Source: the human T2T-CHM13v2.0 reference genome, Homo sapiens. Taken from it: 64,000 bases of DNA. The notes below the pieces were generated by a model. The model had not been told where the DNA came from. It did not search any database and worked only from the letters and a program-made list of their open reading frames with translations. Where the stretch lies: the NCBI RefSeq assembly GCF_009914755.1, contig NC_060931.1; one strand, given 5' to 3'. Of this stretch, positions 52,905-64,000 are shown piece after piece. Positions within the stretch are counted from its first letter, which is position 1. The number at the start of each line of letters is the position of its first letter. The position numbers and the translations under genes are program-made.

Positions 52905-55900
52905 CCTTGTGCAAGATGGCTGACTAGAAGCAGCTGGTGAGCACCTCTCTCACAGAAAGAAATCAAGATAGCAAGTAAATATTAACACTTCAAGTAGATC
53001 ACCTAAGAGAGCACATGGAATTCAACAGAGAAGTGATGGGAATCATGGAAAGCAGAGGAGAGCAAAGCCAGGCAGCCTGCAGACATGGGACCAGCCTGAA
53101 GCTGGGAGAGGCTCCCTGATGCAGGGAAGGGATGAATGGTGTATTGGGCTGAGTGAAGAGGTTCCACCCTGAAGTCACTCCCACGGAGAACCATGGGACA
53201 GGTGTTTTCCGCGGGTCTCAGATACATTGTGGCCATGAGATAGATGACAGTGTATGTCTGAATTGACAGTCATGAGCCTTGGGACAGGGATGTAATAGAG
53301 AAACAGATCACATTCATGCCTGTCTAAGAAGTGAAGCTACTGCGGCCATCTCACCTCCTGCAGAGACCTTGGCACATTTCAGCAGGAGATCCCCAGCCAC
53401 TCCCATCAGGAATTGTGCCCATGCTCAATATTAGAGTATTTGTGGGGAAGCCAGGTGGTCCAACTCTGCCTAGCTTCCCCACGGCTAAAACTGAACAGGA
53501 AGCTCAAGCACTGGGCATTCCAATGTCCAGCCCATCACCTGAAACAACAGAGAGCACACAGTAAATAATGATCAAGTACGTACCCATCTGCATTTGTCAC
53601 AGCCACCTTTTACCCATAAGAACCACCTTACTGGCATGGAGGCTGAACTGCACGACTCAATATAACACCTGCTGACAGAAGTTCATAGGGCTATAGAAGC
53701 AAAGCCAAAAGACTGTACTCAACACTGCAATCATCTCTAAGGAAGGAAAAAATTCCATTGAAATGAAAATTAATTCAAAAACAAGGATGTCAGCTTCTCC
53801 AGATGAGAAGGAAACAGCATAAAAACTCTGGCACCTTGAAAAAACTGAATGTTATGACACTATCAAAGTATTATACTTGCTCTCTAGCAATAGACCTTAA
53901 CCAAAATGGAAATTCTGAAATGAAAGATATGCAGCCAACACAGGAACATGTAGATGCAAAATACAAATACTGTTAGACCTAAAAAACAGACAGCAACATA
54001 ATAATAGTAGGGGACTTCTATTCTTCTCAACCCATTGAGAGCACTAGACAGATCATTGAGGTAGAAAAGCAACAAAGCAACTTTGGACTTAAACTGAACT
54101 CTAGAGCAAATAGACCTAATAGACATTAACAGAACATTTCATCCACAAATCACATAATATACATTTTCCTCATCTGCACATAGAACAATCTCCAAAATTA
54201 ACCAGATGCTTGGCCATAAAGCAAGTCTCAATGAATTAAAAAAATAAAAATAATATCAAGTATCTCCTTGGATCACAGCAGAATAAGATTAGAAATCAAT
54301 ACCAAAAGGAACCATCAAAACCACCTAAATACATGAAAACTAAATAATTTGCTTCTGAATAATATTTGAGTAAACAATAAAATTAAAAAAGAATTAATTT
54401 TTTAAATGAATAAAAATACAGACACAGCTTATCTAAACCTTCGGGATTTAGCAAAACCAGTACTAAGAGGAAAGTTTACAGCATTAAATGCCTACATCAA
54501 AAACATAGGAAGATCTCAAATTAACAACCTAACATTGCACCTAAAAAAAACCAGAGAAACAAAACCAAACCAAACCCAAAGCTAGCAGAATAAAAGAAAT
54601 AACAAAGATCCCAGCAGAGCAAAAGGAAATTGAGACCAAAAATGTTATCCAAAGGATCAACAAAATAAAAAGTTGTTTCTTTGAAAAGATAAACAGAATT
54701 GATAGACCAATCACTAGATTAACCAAGAAAAAGAGAGAGGCATCAAATAAGCACAATCGGAAACGGTAAAGGTGATTTTACAATGAATATCACAGAAATA
54801 CAAAAGGTCATCAGAGACTACTATGAACATCTCTTTGTGTACAAACTAGAAAACCTAGAGAAAATGGATACATTCCAGGAAACATACAAGCTCCCAAAAG
54901 TGAGCCAGGAAGAAATAAAAATCCTGAAGTTCCCAAAAATGAGTAACAAAATGGAAGCAGTAATTAAATTCTCCTTCCTTCCCCCAAAAAATAAGCACAG
55001 GAAAAAATAGATTCACAGTTGAATTTTATCAAATGTACAATGAAGAGCTGATACCAATCTTTCTGAAATAATTTCAAAAAATTGAGGAGGAATGATTCCT
55101 CTCTAACTTATCCTGTGAAACCAGTATCACCCAGACACCAAAATCAGGGAAGGCCACAATAAAAGGGATAACTACTGTCCAATATCCTTAATGTACATAG
55201 ATGCAAAAATTCTCAAAAAAATACTAGCAAACTGAATCCAACAGCACATCAAAACATAATACATCATGATCAAGTGGGTTTTATTTCAGGGATACAAGGA
55301 TGATTCAACATATGCAAATCAATAAATGTGATTCACCACATAAAGGGAATTAAAAACAAAACCCATATAATCATTTTAATAGATGCAGAAAAGTATTCAA
55401 TAAAATCCAATATCCCTTTATGATGACAACCCTCAACAAATTAGGCATCAAAGGAACATATGACAAAATAATAAACACCATCTATGGCAAGTCCACAGCC
55501 AACATTACAGTAAATGAGGAAAAGTTGAGAGCATTTCCCCTAAGAAAGGAAGACGACAAAGATGCCCAATCCCACCACTTCTATTCAACAAAGTACTGGA
55601 AGTCCTAGCCAGAGAAATCAGGAAAGAGAAAGAAATAAAAGGCATCCAAATTGGAAAAGAGGAAGTCGAATTATGTCTGTTCATGGATGACATAATCTTA
55701 TAACTAAAAATCCCCACCTCCTCTCAAAGACTCCTAGACTTGATAAATGACTTCAGTAAAGTTTCAGGATACAAGACCAACATATAAATTTCAGTAGCAT
55801 TTCTATACACTCATAATATTCAAACTGAGAACCAAATCAAGATTTCAATTTTATTTATAATAACCACAAATACACACAAAGAATCTAGGAATACATTTAA

Positions 55901-58300
55901 CCAAGGAGGTAAAAGATATCTACAAGGGCAACTACAAAACACAGATGAAAGGCATTATAGATGACACAAACAAATAGAAAAACATTCTATGCTCATAGAT
56001 TGGAGGCATTAGTATCATTAGCCAGAAGTGAACCATCTGTAAAAGAAATTTTAAAAATCCCATTTACAATAGCCACAAAAAATTAAATACCTAGGAATTA
56101 ACTTAATCAAAAACATGAAAGATCTCTACAATAAAAACTATAAAATACTGATAAAAGAAATTGAAGAGGATCCAAAAAATAAAAAAGATATTCCATTTTC
56201 ATAGATTGGAAGAATCAATATTGTTAAAATGTTTATACTGCCCAAAGCATCTACAGAGTCAATACAATTTTTATCAAAATACCAATGACATTCCTCACAG
56301 AAATAGAAAAACAATCCTAAAATTTATATGGAAGCAGCACAAAAGACCCATAATAGCCAAAGCAATTCTAAGTAATAAGAACAAAACTGGACAAACCACA
56401 TTACCTGATTTCTAATTATACCACAGAGCTATAATAATCAGAACAGCATGGTACTGCCATAAAAATAGACACATAGACGAATGAAACAGTATAGGAGAAC
56501 CTAGGAACAAATCCACAAACCTACAGTGAACTCATTTTTGACAAAGGTGCTATGCACATTCACTGGGGAAAAGACAATCTCTTTGATGATTGGTGCTGGG
56601 AAAACTAAATATTCATGTGAAGAAGAATGAAAGTAATTCCCTATCTTTTGCCAGATACAAAAATCAAATCAACGTCAATTAAAGATTTAAATCTAAAACC
56701 TCAAACTATGAAACTGCTACAATAAAACTTTGGGGAAAATCTCTAGGACATTGGTCTGGGCAAAAAATTATTGAGCAATACCCCACAAGCACAGGCAACC
56801 AAAGCAAAAATGGACAAATGGAATCCCATCAAGTTAAAAAGACTCTGCACAGCAAAGGAAATAATCAACACGGTGAAGAGACAACATACAGAACAGGAGA
56901 AAAATATTTGCAAACTACCCATCTGACAAGGGATTAATATCAGAATACAGAAGGAGCTTAAACAGCTCTTAAGAAAAAGATAACAGTCTGATCAAAAAAT
57001 GGGCAAAAGATTTGAATAGACATTTCTCAAAAGAAGATATATAAACAGAAAACAGAAATATGAAAAATTGATTAACATAATCATCAGAGCAATGCAAATC
57101 AAAATTACAATGAGATATTATCTCACCCTACTTAAAATGACCTCTATCAAAAAGACAGGCAATAGCAAATGCTGGCAAGGATGTGGAGAAAAGGGAACCC
57201 TCATACACTGCTGGTGGGAATATAAATTAGTAGCACTAATTAGTAAATTAGTAACACTATGGAAAAGAGTTTAGAGGTTCTTCAAAAAACTAAAAATTGA
57301 GCTACCACATGATCCAGCAAGACCACTATTGAATATATACTAAAAAGAAAGAATATTAGTATATCATAGGGACATCTGCACTCTCATGTTTGTTGCAGCA
57401 CTGTTTACCATAGCTTAGATGTGGAAGCAATCTAAGTGTCCATCAATAGATGAATTGATAAGGAAAATGTAGTACATATACACAATGGAGTACTATTCAA
57501 CCATAAAAAGATTTGAAACTAAAAATTCTAGAAGAAAATCTAGGATGTTCTTTTTTCAATATTAACCTAGGCAAATAATTTGTACTAAGACCTCAAGTGC
57601 AAATCCAATAAAAACAAAAATATATAAATGATACTTCATTAAACTAAAAAGCTTCTGCACAGTAAAAGAATCAACATAATAAATAAACACTTTACACAAT
57701 GGGAGAAAATTTTGTAAACAATGCGTTGGACAAAGGGCTAATGTCCAGAATTTACAAGGAATTAACTAGAAAAAAACAAATAATTCCATTTAAAAAATGG
57801 GCAAAGGACATGAACAGACATGTCTCAAAGGAAGGCATACAAGTAGCCAACATATATATGTACGAAAAAATGCTCAACATCACTTGTCTTCAGATAAATG
57901 CAAATTAAAACCACAATGAGATACTATATTACACCAATCAGAAAGGCTATTATTAAAAGGACTAAAAATTAATAGAGATTTGCAGATAAAATGGAATGCT
58001 TATACACCATTGGTGGGAATGTGAATTACTACAACCTCTTTGGAAAATAGTATGGCGATTTCTTAAAGAACTAGAAACAGAACTACCATTTGACCCAGCA
58101 ATACCAGTACTATCTACCAAGGGAAAGGACATCATTATGTCAAAAGGATACCTGCACTCATAATTCTCACAACACTATTCACAATAGCAAAGACATTAAA
58201 TCAAAGTGTCCATCGATGGAAGATTGAATAAAGAAAATGTTTTGTATATACACCATGGAATACTATGCAGGCATAAAAAGAATGAAAATAATGTCTTTAG
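52905..58300 (+). mobile_element. L1PB-type LINE (5'UTR, ORF1 mostly deleted, decayed ORF2, no 3' end) containing a second L1 segment
   Basis: 5' end caagatggctgactagaagcagct; ORF1 start atgagaaggaaacagc near 53803 jumps to endonuclease sequence near 53930; ORF2 peptides NITEIQKVIRDYYEHL and KKWAKDMNRH. Confidence 0.88.
56021..57510 (+). mobile_element. L1MA1/2-like ORF2 3' segment embedded in the L1PB
   Basis: L1 register steps back at 56021 (second copy of ccatttacaatagccacaaa...tacctaggaat) and again at about 57510. Confidence 0.75.
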
Positions 58301-58548
58301 TATCACAGCATCAAGGAAGAAGTGAGCCTTTCCCTGAACTGCTGTAATGTATGAGCCTTGTCAGCTCTCAGGGCATCATGAGCTCCTTTCTAGCTCTTGC
58401 TAGTGCCATGTTTCATGTAGTGGGTCTTGGCCCAGTTCCAGCTCACTGGCAAATACAATATCACCTGTGATACAGGGTACTTGATAATCACAGCTGAGCA
58501 AGTTAAAATAGCATGTCCTCTAAAAATACATGGCTTCCATATTCTTTA

Positions 58549-59516
58549 TGTAGGGGTGGGTTGCCCCTACACACCTGTGGGTGTTTCTCGTAAGGTGGGA
58601 CGAGAGATTTGGAAAAGAAAAAGACACAGAGACAAAGTATAGAGAAAGAAATAAGGGGAACCGGGGAACCAGCGTTCAGCATATGGAGGATCCCGCCAGC
58701 CTCTGAGTTCCCTTAGTATTTATTGATCATCTGTGGGTGTTTCTCAAAGAGGGGGATGTGTCAGGGTCACAAGACAATTGTGGGGAGAGGGTCAGCAGAC
58801 AAACACGTGAACAAACGTCTTTGCATCATAGACAATGTAAAGGATTAAGTGCTGTGCTTTTAGATATGCATACACATAAACATCTCAATGCTTTACAAAG
58901 CAGTATTGCTGCCCGCAGGTCCCACCTCCAGCCCTAAGGCGGTTTTTCCCTATCTCAGTAGATGGAGCATACAATCGGGTTTTATACCGAGACATTCCAT
59001 TGCCCAGGGACGGGCAGGAGACAGATGCCTTCCTCTTGTCTCAACTGCAAGAGGCATTCCTTCCTCTTTTACTAATCCTCCTCAGCACAGACCCTTTACG
59101 GGTGTCGGGCTGGGGGACGGTCAGGTCTTTCCCTTCCCACGAGGCCATATTTCAGACTATCACATGGGGAGAAACCTTGGACAATACCTGGCTTTCCTAG
59201 GCAGAGGTCCCTGCGGCCTTCCGCAGTTTTTGTGTCCCTGGGTACTTGAGATTAGGGAGTGGTGATGACTCTTAAGGAGCATGCTGCCTTCAAGCATCTG
59301 TTTAACAAAGCACATCTTGCACCGCCCTTAATCCATTTAACTCTGAGTTGACACAGCACACGTTTCAGAGAGCACGGGGTTGGGGGTAAGGTTATAGATT
59401 AACAGAATCTCAAGGCAGAAGAATTTTTCTTAGTACATAACAAAATGGAGTCTCCTATGTCTACTTCTTTCTACACAGACACAGTAACAATCTGATCTCT
59501 CTTGCTTTTCCCCACA
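58549..59516 (-). mobile_element. HERV-K(HML-2) LTR5_Hs solo LTR, 968 bp
   Basis: Minus strand reads TGTGGGGAAAAGCAAGAGAGATCAG...GGGGCAACCCACCCCTACA; TG..CA ends; TSD cttta at 58544-58548 and 59517-59521; CpGs retained. Confidence 0.98.
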
Positions 59517-60777
59517 CTTTAGACTAATCTTGTACAACAATCTCTGAAAGAATAGTTGCCAAATGAATTCCTTTCCTCTAAGTTCTTATAAAGGGTCCCA
59601 TTTTGATATCCAAATACAATGAAATCTTGTTTTAAAACTCATCCTAGAATGGAATTCAGAATAAGTCAGATCCATCTAAAGCTTCACAGAAATAATTTTA
59701 AATATAAAAATATTAAAATAATCTCATTGTGTTTCTTCTATATCGATGTAATTCAGAACAGATTACTCAGGGCATTACATTATAGAAGGTCCATTATTTT
59801 GTTGTGGCACAAGTTTGCTGATAGTCTTGACTATGCTTGCTGAGAGAGCCCCAAATTATCTGAATCTGTGATTTATGTGAATTTATTTGAATCCAGAATA
59901 CAAGCAAAGTGAAACTCAAAGCTGTAATGAGGTTGACGAAAAATAATAATAAAAGCAATTGTTCTCAGTTTGAATTGTACTTGATTAGTTTGTTAACTTA
60001 AAAGAATACTTGGGTCACATTTTGAAGCATTAGCAGTGAAAATCCATAACTGAACTACATAAATTACAAATTGATTTAGATGAACCAGGTCTGGCTCTAA
60101 TGTCTAGCATACATGATGTGCTAAAGGTGTTTAATGATCCATGCACAGATGCAGCAGTGAGAGAATTTAACAAAATTGGCATTGGCTTTTATTAGATCTC
60201 ACATGGTCAAATAGCATTTATCTGATGTGAAGAATGGAGTCAGTGAATTATCAAGTCAACGGATGCTTTTTTTTTTTGATGTGGTAAACCTCTTTGAATT
60301 TATAATAGAATAGCTCATTGGAGAACATTGCAACCTCTAAAATTTTGCTGCAAGGTGAGAAAATACCAGGCAGAGACAAGTTATTAAAAAGAGAAAATAC
60401 ATCACTTTAAACTCTAAACACTTGTTCTTAACACATGATGCCTCTTACAGATGACAGATGTGCATGATTTATAAAACATTTTCTTGTTTAGGAAAACAAA
60501 GTGATAAAATTGAGTTGATGGATGTGGTAGCTGGGAGACAAAATCATTCTGTGTCTATGTTAGCCATATGCAATAAAAACTCTAAAATAATGTCCTCTAT
60601 TTTTTAAACTCAGTAGCAGGTGCTATTTATATTATTCAGTCATTTGGCAAGTAAATCTTCTGTCAATACTCAAAATCTAAATCATCACTGTTGATATTCA
60701 GGAAATTGAGAATTATGATTGCTAACTCATAGAAAGGTTTGAATTGTGTTTTTTTTAAATGTAAACAAAAGTATTGT

Positions 60778-61290
60778 CATGGTAGGTAGAAAAATGGCCT
60801 TCCCAAGATGTCCATGTCCTAATCCCTAAAAACCATTAATATGTTACCTTACATTGCTGAAAGCATTTAGCAGATGTGATTAAATTAAGGGTCTTGAAAT
60901 GGGGAGATTATCTCGGATTATCTGGGTGAACCTAATGTAATCATAAAGGTTCTGATGAGTGAAAAAGAGATCCAGGAGAGGCAGAGTCAAAGAAAAGATA
61001 TACGACAACAGAAGCAGAGGTTTGAGTGATTTAATTGCTGCCTTTTATTGAAGATGGAAGGGGCCCATGAGTCCAGGAATAAAGGTAGCCTCTAGAAACT
61101 GGAAAAGGCAGAGAAGCTATTTCTCCCCTAGAGCTTCCAGCATGAATGCAACCCTGCTGACACCTTGATTTTGGCCTCATAAGACCCATTTTGAACTTCC
61201 AAACTGCAAAATATTTTTTTGCATTGCTTTAAGCCATTATACCACTAGATTTGTGGTAATTTGTTACAATAGAAAAGGGAAACAAATGTA
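60778..61290 (+). mobile_element. MLT1D-like MaLR solo LTR
   Basis: aagatgtccatgtcctaatccct...gcagatgtgattaaattaaggg...ttgtggtaatttgttaca; gtcat at both edges may be the TSD. Confidence 0.88.
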
Positions 61291-62845
61291 GTCATTTGCC
61301 TTATGGCTATTGTGGATTTTGCATAAAGAAGGACAATATTTGTCATCATTGTCCTGCAGTACACTGGAATATGTGGGGAATCACACATATGTACACTTAC
61401 ATGTTTGGAATATCAAGTTTCACATATTAAGTCTAAGGTTAGGCAATGCTTGTATGTGCCATAATATTCTGCTCAGAAAATGCTCAACACTTTGTCTGAA
61501 CATGCTGTGCAATGCTACCAGGAGGTTCCCTTGTTCTTGCTTCTTGTTTATTTTTTTACATCAATAAATGAAAGACATTCTTTGTGGTCAACAACTGAAC
61601 TTAAGTTATATACCAACAACATTCTCCAAATTGGCACTACAACAACAAATAACACCTCTTTCCAATGGATTCATGTTCTTTGAAAAACAAACAAGTATTC
61701 TTTCTGCCCTTTAAAAAAATCAATTCAAAAGTAACTTTAAAACCACCAAAGGTGTAAGTGTAAATAAATACTTTCTGCGGTTTAAAGATTAGATTGTAAT
61801 TAATGAGTGAAAATAAAATGTTCTTTTTAAAAATGATTGTATAAGTTTCAAACCACTTGGCAATAAAGATGAAATTCTTTAAAAAAAAATAAGATGAGTG
61901 CTCCCCAAAGTTTGCTAAGAGAAATTAGCCCCAGGAAATTCACAAAAAAAAATAAAATGGACTTTATGTATTTGGCAATCAATGCATGCTGGCTTTTCTG
62001 TCTTCAACTTTCACAATGGCATAAGAATTCCCTGAAAAGGCCAGAAGTAAAGAATCTTGTTCAAATGTAACTAAGCTTTTCTTTAAGATATTTAAATATG
62101 AGACACTTTTATTATTATTATTAACTCTAAAAAAGTATTGAGGTAAATGATCATCAAACTATTCTCTGAAACTCATGGTAAATAATATAATGTAGTCATC
62201 AACTTGGAATTCAGGCAGACATCCTTAAAATTATTGTGATAGGCATAATAATTTATATCAGTTCTACCTTGAGATTGTCTTCTTATTTCCATTTTAGAAT
62301 TGTAAAAACTGAAACACAGGTAGGTTACATACCTCTTCATGATTATCTTATATTTGAATGGTGAAGATGGAATCAATGGGAATAAAACCAGTCTATGCCC
62401 TTGTGTGCTCTGATACCTTGTTTTTTTGTCATTTCTAAGTCTCTACTGTCTGTCATCCAATTTTTTTTTTACTTACATGAATGAAAGGCTTTAATTTTAT
62501 TTTAAAGCAAACAAAATTCCAGGGAAAAGTGAAAAGAAGCGTATTGTGTTTCAAGTGGTTTATGTGTCCCCTGCAATTGTCGAAATTCGTCCTTTTCATA
62601 CCATAAATTAGGGAATGTGATTAATCTGTGGTGGTTTTGCATAGAAAATTTACATAAAAGCAGGCGTTATAATTCATACACTCTAACATAATCGACAATC
62701 TGATGGTAAAATTTTCTCTATGTGTATTGCAGAGCTGAATTTTCAGTCATACAATTTCAGTGATTTCTAATTCAGCTTTTTGGAATCCTAATCAGTTATT
62801 TAGTTAGCATTTTTGACTTCATTCAATTTAATACTTAATTGGTCG

Positions 62846-62864
62846 ATATATATATATATATATA
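62846..62864. repeat. (AT)9 microsatellite
   Basis: Read directly. Confidence 0.9.
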
Positions 62865-63855
62865 ACTTAATAGCTAGTTAGACTCCAAACACTATATGTT
62901 CCTGATGTAAAAACCAGCAACTTTTTATATAATTACTTTGCAGATTTTCTGTGGTTCAAGGCAGTGACAGCCATATCCTGCTTGCATGAGGCAAGTATAG
63001 ACTGCAGCCTTGAATCCGTTTTCATTCAGGTCCATCATCTTGAAGTACCAAAGTATAGTAATGGTTATGACAGTTAAGATTGTTTGGCACCAGGTGACCT
63101 TATTATTCTTGCAAATATGAAGCTTAAAATTGTACCATATATAGAAAGTTCAGGTAAATTTGCAATGGTATGATGTAGTACTTGTTAGTCTTAAATTACC
63201 ATTGGTGTAAGATAATATTATGGTAATGGTTATAACTAAATAATAAAGATACTTTTCATATGAGTTTTTATAAGACTTGTGCTGCCACAAGAATTGCTGA
63301 AAGTGACCTCACATGCTCACCTTGTGTTGCCTGTATATTAGCAAATTGAAGGTAGGGATTCCCTTACCAAATCATCTTCCCATAGGCCTGAGGCTTCCTC
63401 CCCCAACAGAAGGATTTCTTGAGATCCAAGATCTCTAGGTTTTGAAATGCTAGTATTTCCAGAACACCTTTGGAAATAGATGGACCCTAAATCCATCCAT
63501 TCGTTTATTCCTTCAGTGATGATACTGTTTCCCTATACTTGTTATATGAAAAAGGAAACTCATATTAGAGGGGACTCAATGATTTAACAGGCTCAGAGAT
63601 TGAGCACATTTCTCTGTGGAATGAATGATAAGAGGATAAGGGGTTCCTAAAACTTTGCTTGCTGACCTTGGGCATACACAGATTTTCTCAATAAAGTGTA
63701 TTCCTTAACTCATGTTATACATTCTGAAATTTATCCAGACTTCTGCTGCACTACAGGTAAAGACGAAGAAACGATATAATTTGTATGGCAATACTCTTTG
63801 TGATTGTTCAAACTTAAATTATAGTTTCTGTGTTGAAAAATGGCTATACATTGAC

Positions 63856-64000
63856 TTTTAAAAATAAATTTTATTGTGCATATTTAAGGTATAAACACGT
63901 TGTGGTATAAATAAAGATAGTAAAGAAATTACTATAATGAAGCAAATTAGCACATCTATCATCTCAAATATTTACCCACAGTTTTGCTTTTGTGGCAAGA
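63856..64000 (-). mobile_element. L1MA (about MA7/8) 3' end, running off the window
   Basis: ttttattgtgcatatttaaggtata...tgaagcaaattagcacatctatcatctca. Confidence 0.75.

Noticed and set aside
58737-59265. ORFs of 66-125 aa
   Set aside because: Antisense frames within the LTR5_Hs; no gag, pol or env sequence is present
62944-62996. Possible 47-nt exon with a GC donor (gag|gcaagt)
   Set aside because: Non-canonical donor and no recognisable peptide; insufficient support

Overview
This is AT-rich primate, most likely human, non-coding genomic DNA (intronic or intergenic). I could not recognise any host protein-coding exon, RNA gene or CRISPR array. The ORFs I could identify are LINE-1, Alu or LTR derived, and the rest look like chance frames. 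The window is a layered transposon record: 8 Alus (7 on the minus strand), ancient L2, MIR, MER5 and MaLR relics, and about ten L1 pieces from L1M to L1PA2. Two of the L1s show 5' inversions of the twin-priming type. It also holds a near-complete THE1C retroelement, a THE1A solo LTR and an intact 968-bp HERV-K(HML-2) LTR5_Hs solo LTR with a 5-bp TSD. Four items stand out. (1) A young L1PA2-like element keeps its full 5'UTR and an intact 71-aa antisense ORF0 but stops abruptly inside the ORF2 endonuclease, with no poly(A) or TSD, and candidate splice acceptors lie just downstream of ORF0. (2) The LTR5_Hs points back toward that antisense promoter. (3) A 38-bp minisatellite has arisen from the L1 reverse-transcriptase FADD codons. 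(4) Several palindrome-plus-duplication scars suggest template switching. I do not see a demonstrably new biological system; the best lead is a possible TE-promoted chimeric transcript, which remains a hypothesis. Subfamily calls were made by eye from remembered consensus diagnostics, and boundaries of old repeats are approximate.
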